From: Zygnema circumcarinatum SAG 698-1b
Taxonomy: Eukaryota > Plantae > Zygnematophyceae
NCBI GenBank assembly: GCA_037447605.1
Contig: CM074818.1
Span: 2,120,617 to 2,184,616, forward strand
Direction of reading: 5' to 3'
DNA length: 64,000 nt
In this document: in pieces, positions 61,241 through 64,000 of the stretch
Layout of the letters: every line of letters starts with the position of its first letter
Numbering within the stretch: the first letter of the stretch is position 1
Notes under the pieces: generated by a model
Database searches by the model: none
Told to the model about the DNA's origin: nothing
What the model saw: the letters and a program-made list of their open reading frames with translations, nothing else
Made by a program: the position numbers and the translations under genes

Positions 61241-61744
61241 CAGTCGGGGGTCCTCGTATTTACCGCCCTGAGGAGTGCGTCCCCAAGAATTTCGCCACGA
61301 TTTTGCCGAAACCACCTTTTTGTACGGTAACTTCGTGTTACCGTACTGCCCGTATTATCCGTACTGTTTGTACTAGCCGTACTAGCTGTACTAGCCGTTA
61401 CGGGCTTACGCAAAACTCACCTAATCTCCCCGCACGAGCCGCCGTAAGAGGCGCTCGCTCTTCTCCCCTTCTTCTTGGCTTCGATACGATACAATATGAT
61501 ACGGTACGATATGGTACGATACGAAACGCCCCGATACGGTACTATCCGTACTAGCCGTATGAGTTGTAGTAGCCGATACAGTACGATATGGTACGATATA
61601 GTACGGTACGATACGTACGGTCCAACATGAACTCTAACATAATACCGCCCGTCTATTGGTAACACGAACCTTATATATGCAAAATCAATATTTTCGCCTC
61701 ATATTGGCCAAAACCAGGGTGGAAAATATGAGGACCCCTGACTG
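61241..61744. mobile_element. Tc1/mariner-type MITE (504 bp), TA-flanked with CAGT termini
   Basis: TIR CAGTC(G/A)GGGGTCCTC(G/A)TATTT(A/T)CC(G/A)CCCTG, 30 bp with 4 mismatches. TA at 61239-61240 and 61745-61746 within a palindromic target (acggTA...TAccgt). Confidence 0.85.
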
Positions 61745-62128
61745 TACCGTACACGCTTAAGGGAATGACAGGTGACGATATACTTCGATACGCTATTGAA
61801 GATATTCGACTTTACAAAATTGTAGGATATATCGCTTTGACGATATAAGGAAACATATCGCAAACTTCCGTATATTCAATATCGATATATTGCCGAAATG
61901 AGTCTCTGATAGTCTTAAGAAATCGTCACACATTGTAAAATATCCCTTTTTTTTTTTTTTTCAAGAAGAGAACTTCTAGCAATAGTGGTCTTTTGTGGGC
62001 AGTCGCTTCCTCGTGGTTCCCCATCTTGTTGAATTTCTCCACATAACATTTGATGGCCTTGCCATAGTGAGATCGATGTCACAATTCACATCTTCTGCAA
62101 CAGTAATGACTGGTATGGACTACCCAAT

Positions 62129-62329
62129 AGGGGGAGTCAGACCTTGACCATCGCTTACGAAATTCCTGAATTCCTTTAACTAAAGCCTCTTCTTTTGTGT
62201 AAGAATTCCGGGTCGGGATCCGCGGCTCCGCCAAGCCCAGCCGTACTGAAATGCGTACCTAGCCAATGCTTAATTCGCCCGACAGGCTTACAAAATTGAT
62301 AACGCGATGGTCAAGGTCTTACTCCCCCT
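62129..62329. mobile_element. MITE, AGGGGG-TIR family (201 bp)
   Basis: 26-bp TIR with 1 mismatch; flanks AAT / ACT; interior nearly identical to the 9974 copy. Confidence 0.9.
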
Positions 62330-62386
62330 ACTAAGAAAAAAAAGAAAGAAATGGAAGCGGCAAACCAAGGCATTGAATTACCCAAT

Positions 62387-62585
62387 AGGGGGGGTCAGAC
62401 TTAGCCCGAGGCGTACTAAATTCCGAATTTAGTATACTAAAAGTCAAAGTTTCGTGTACGAATTCCAGGTCGAGACCCACGGCTCCGACGGCCCCAGCCG
62501 TACCGAAATGCGTACCTAGCCAATGCCTAATTCGCCCGACAGGTAACTAAATTGGTTTGGCCATGCTTTATGTCTTACTCCCCCT
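62387..62585. mobile_element. MITE, AGGGGG-TIR family, diverged copy (199 bp)
   Basis: Termini AGGGGGGGTCAGAC...CTTACTCCCCCT; AAT on both flanks; interior cgtgtacgaattcc.ggtcg..acc..cggctccg...cagccgtaccgaaatgcgtacctagccaatgc is shared with the family. Confidence 0.8.
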
Positions 62586-63255
62586 AATGCATGCAATTAC
62601 GCATAGTCGATGTGAACATGGCCTTTATCACACGCATTTCATGGCTTGTGAAACAGTACGCAAGGGACAATCCCACTCAGCTCTCCTCTGTGGAGGAGAG
62701 TGGGATTGGAGGGCAAGAGAGAGGAGAGGAAGTGCGAAAGGGTAGCGAGTGGGAAGGGGAAGAGTGGGAGAGTGGGAGAGTGGGAGAGAGGGAGGGAGAG
62801 TGCGAGAGGGGGGAATAGAGGGGAGAAAGGAAATGGGGAAGGGTGAGTAGCAGGACTCTCTCTCTCTCTCCCACACGCACACACACACGCCCGTGCAGCC
62901 GTTGAGCCTACACAAGAGGGCCGAACTTAGGAGAAAAGTGACCTTTACAACCTCTCGTCAAACACCCCTCCCTCACAATCTCTACGATATAATCATCCAC
63001 TAAAACGATCGACTGTGATTTTTTTTAAGCTCACTCCCCCCCCCCTCCAATACCCTCTCCTCTCCCACTTTCCATCCCTCTCCTTCCTCACTCCCTCCTC
63101 GCTAAGCTCCTATGTAATATGTACTCTCTGACTATCGCACTTCATAGCATCGTATGTCTGCTCCTAAGGAGACAAGTGCCAAAAATCCGTCTATTTGCAG
63201 GCTCACCTTTTGAGCCTTTCAATCCTTTAGGAACTCTCTGCCTCGCTCGGGACAT

Positions 63256-63871
63256 CTAAGCAGCCACAGGCTGGCTGGGGGCGTGTGCGGGTGCTGCCGA
63301 ATGCTCTCCGACCTGTTCAATCGTTTATCAAGAAGTTAGGGATCAAGAAGTTAAAGATCAGGAAATGAAGGATCAAGAAGCTAGGGATCAAGAAGTTAAC
63401 GATCAGGAAATGAAGGATCAAGAAGCTAGGGATCAAGAAGTTAACGATCAGGAAACGAAGGATCAAGAAGCTAGGGATCAAGAAGTTAACGATCAGGAAA
63501 CGAAGGATCAAGAAGCTAGGGATCGAGAAGAAACAGATTGAACAAGTAAGAACAGAGAGAGTTCGAGTTCGTGTTCGAGTTGAGAACAAGGAACAAGGGA
63601 TCAAGAAGGTGGTAACAAGCCGTTCACATATATAAAGGAATTAGGGGTCATGTAATTAGGTTCTGAAAACAACAGGGGTCAAGGAATTAGGGCTTCAATA
63701 ATGAGGCTTGAAGAGATGAGAGTATTCAAGAATTTTCGGGTTTTTCAGGCCAGCAAGAACAGGAGGACAATGCTTGTCCTGGAAGGTATGAAGGCTTACC
63801 TTGGCTGACTTAAAGAGCTCATCCAGGACCTCTGACAGAGTGGGGTGTGCATGCACTGTGAACTTTATGTC
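63256..63871 (-). CDS. LPD: Plastid dihydrolipoamide dehydrogenase, last two exons (63800-63871, 63256-63312); the rest lies beyond the window
   Basis: [24 protein letters not shown] is the conserved E3 C-terminal interface motif (HAHPTLSE) of plastid LPD. A phase-0 intron leads to [18 protein letters not shown]-stop. Confidence 0.9.
63326..63535 (+). repeat. 15-bp minisatellite with a 45-bp higher-order period, in the last LPD intron
   Basis: Units GATCAAGAAGCTAGG / GATCAAGAAGTTAAC / GATCAGGAAA(C/T)GAAG cycle about 4.5 times. Confidence 0.92.
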
Positions 63872-64000
63872 CTGTAGAGAGCAAGAGAGGGAGAGAAAAG
63901 GCAGAGGGGAGAAAGTATGTGAGAGAGAAGTAGAGAAGAGAGAGCGAGGCGAAGGCTGTGCAGAAGCAAGAAGTTTGTCAGATTGGAATAATGCACAAGA

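Noticed and set aside
60953-61413. Short ORFs upstream of MAP4K
   Set aside because: No recognisable domain, and they partly overlap the Tc1-type MITE. The kinase starts plausibly at 60892.

Overview
Eukaryotic, intron-rich genomic DNA from a draft scaffold with several N gaps. It is most likely a streptophyte green alga: this is inferred from land-plant-like genes occurring together with a polycystin/PKD2 channel. No CRISPR arrays, rRNA or tRNA genes were seen. I rebuilt spliced genes by hand from GT-AG sites and reading-frame phase. In order: an unknown membrane protein (5' part off-window), a fasciclin (FAS1) protein, a PKD2-like TRPP channel, a plastid Lon-N domain protein, gamma-tubulin complex GCP6, a His-rich Ni/Co-transporter-like protein, an At3g51100-like protein, a truncated NDC80 CH-domain ORF, an MFSD6-like transporter, a MAP4K/STE20 kinase, and the 3' end of plastid dihydrolipoamide dehydrogenase. 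About 8 kb is near-identical duplication flanking 10-N gaps, probably an assembly artefact. The most interesting non-coding signals are: (1) a MITE family with AGGGGG termini and a recurrent AAT target duplication, including nested insertions; (2) introns with a GA-rich 5' half and a CT-rich 3' half that could fold back; (3) introns filled with three kinds of telomere-like repeat, one running up to the 3' splice site; (4) a 42-bp satellite built on a telomere-repeat hairpin; and (5) a 10-bp-phased GTAC array upstream of the putative metal transporter. Most long low-complexity ORFs in the supplied track are microsatellite read-throughs. All homology assignments are from memory of the families, not from database searches.
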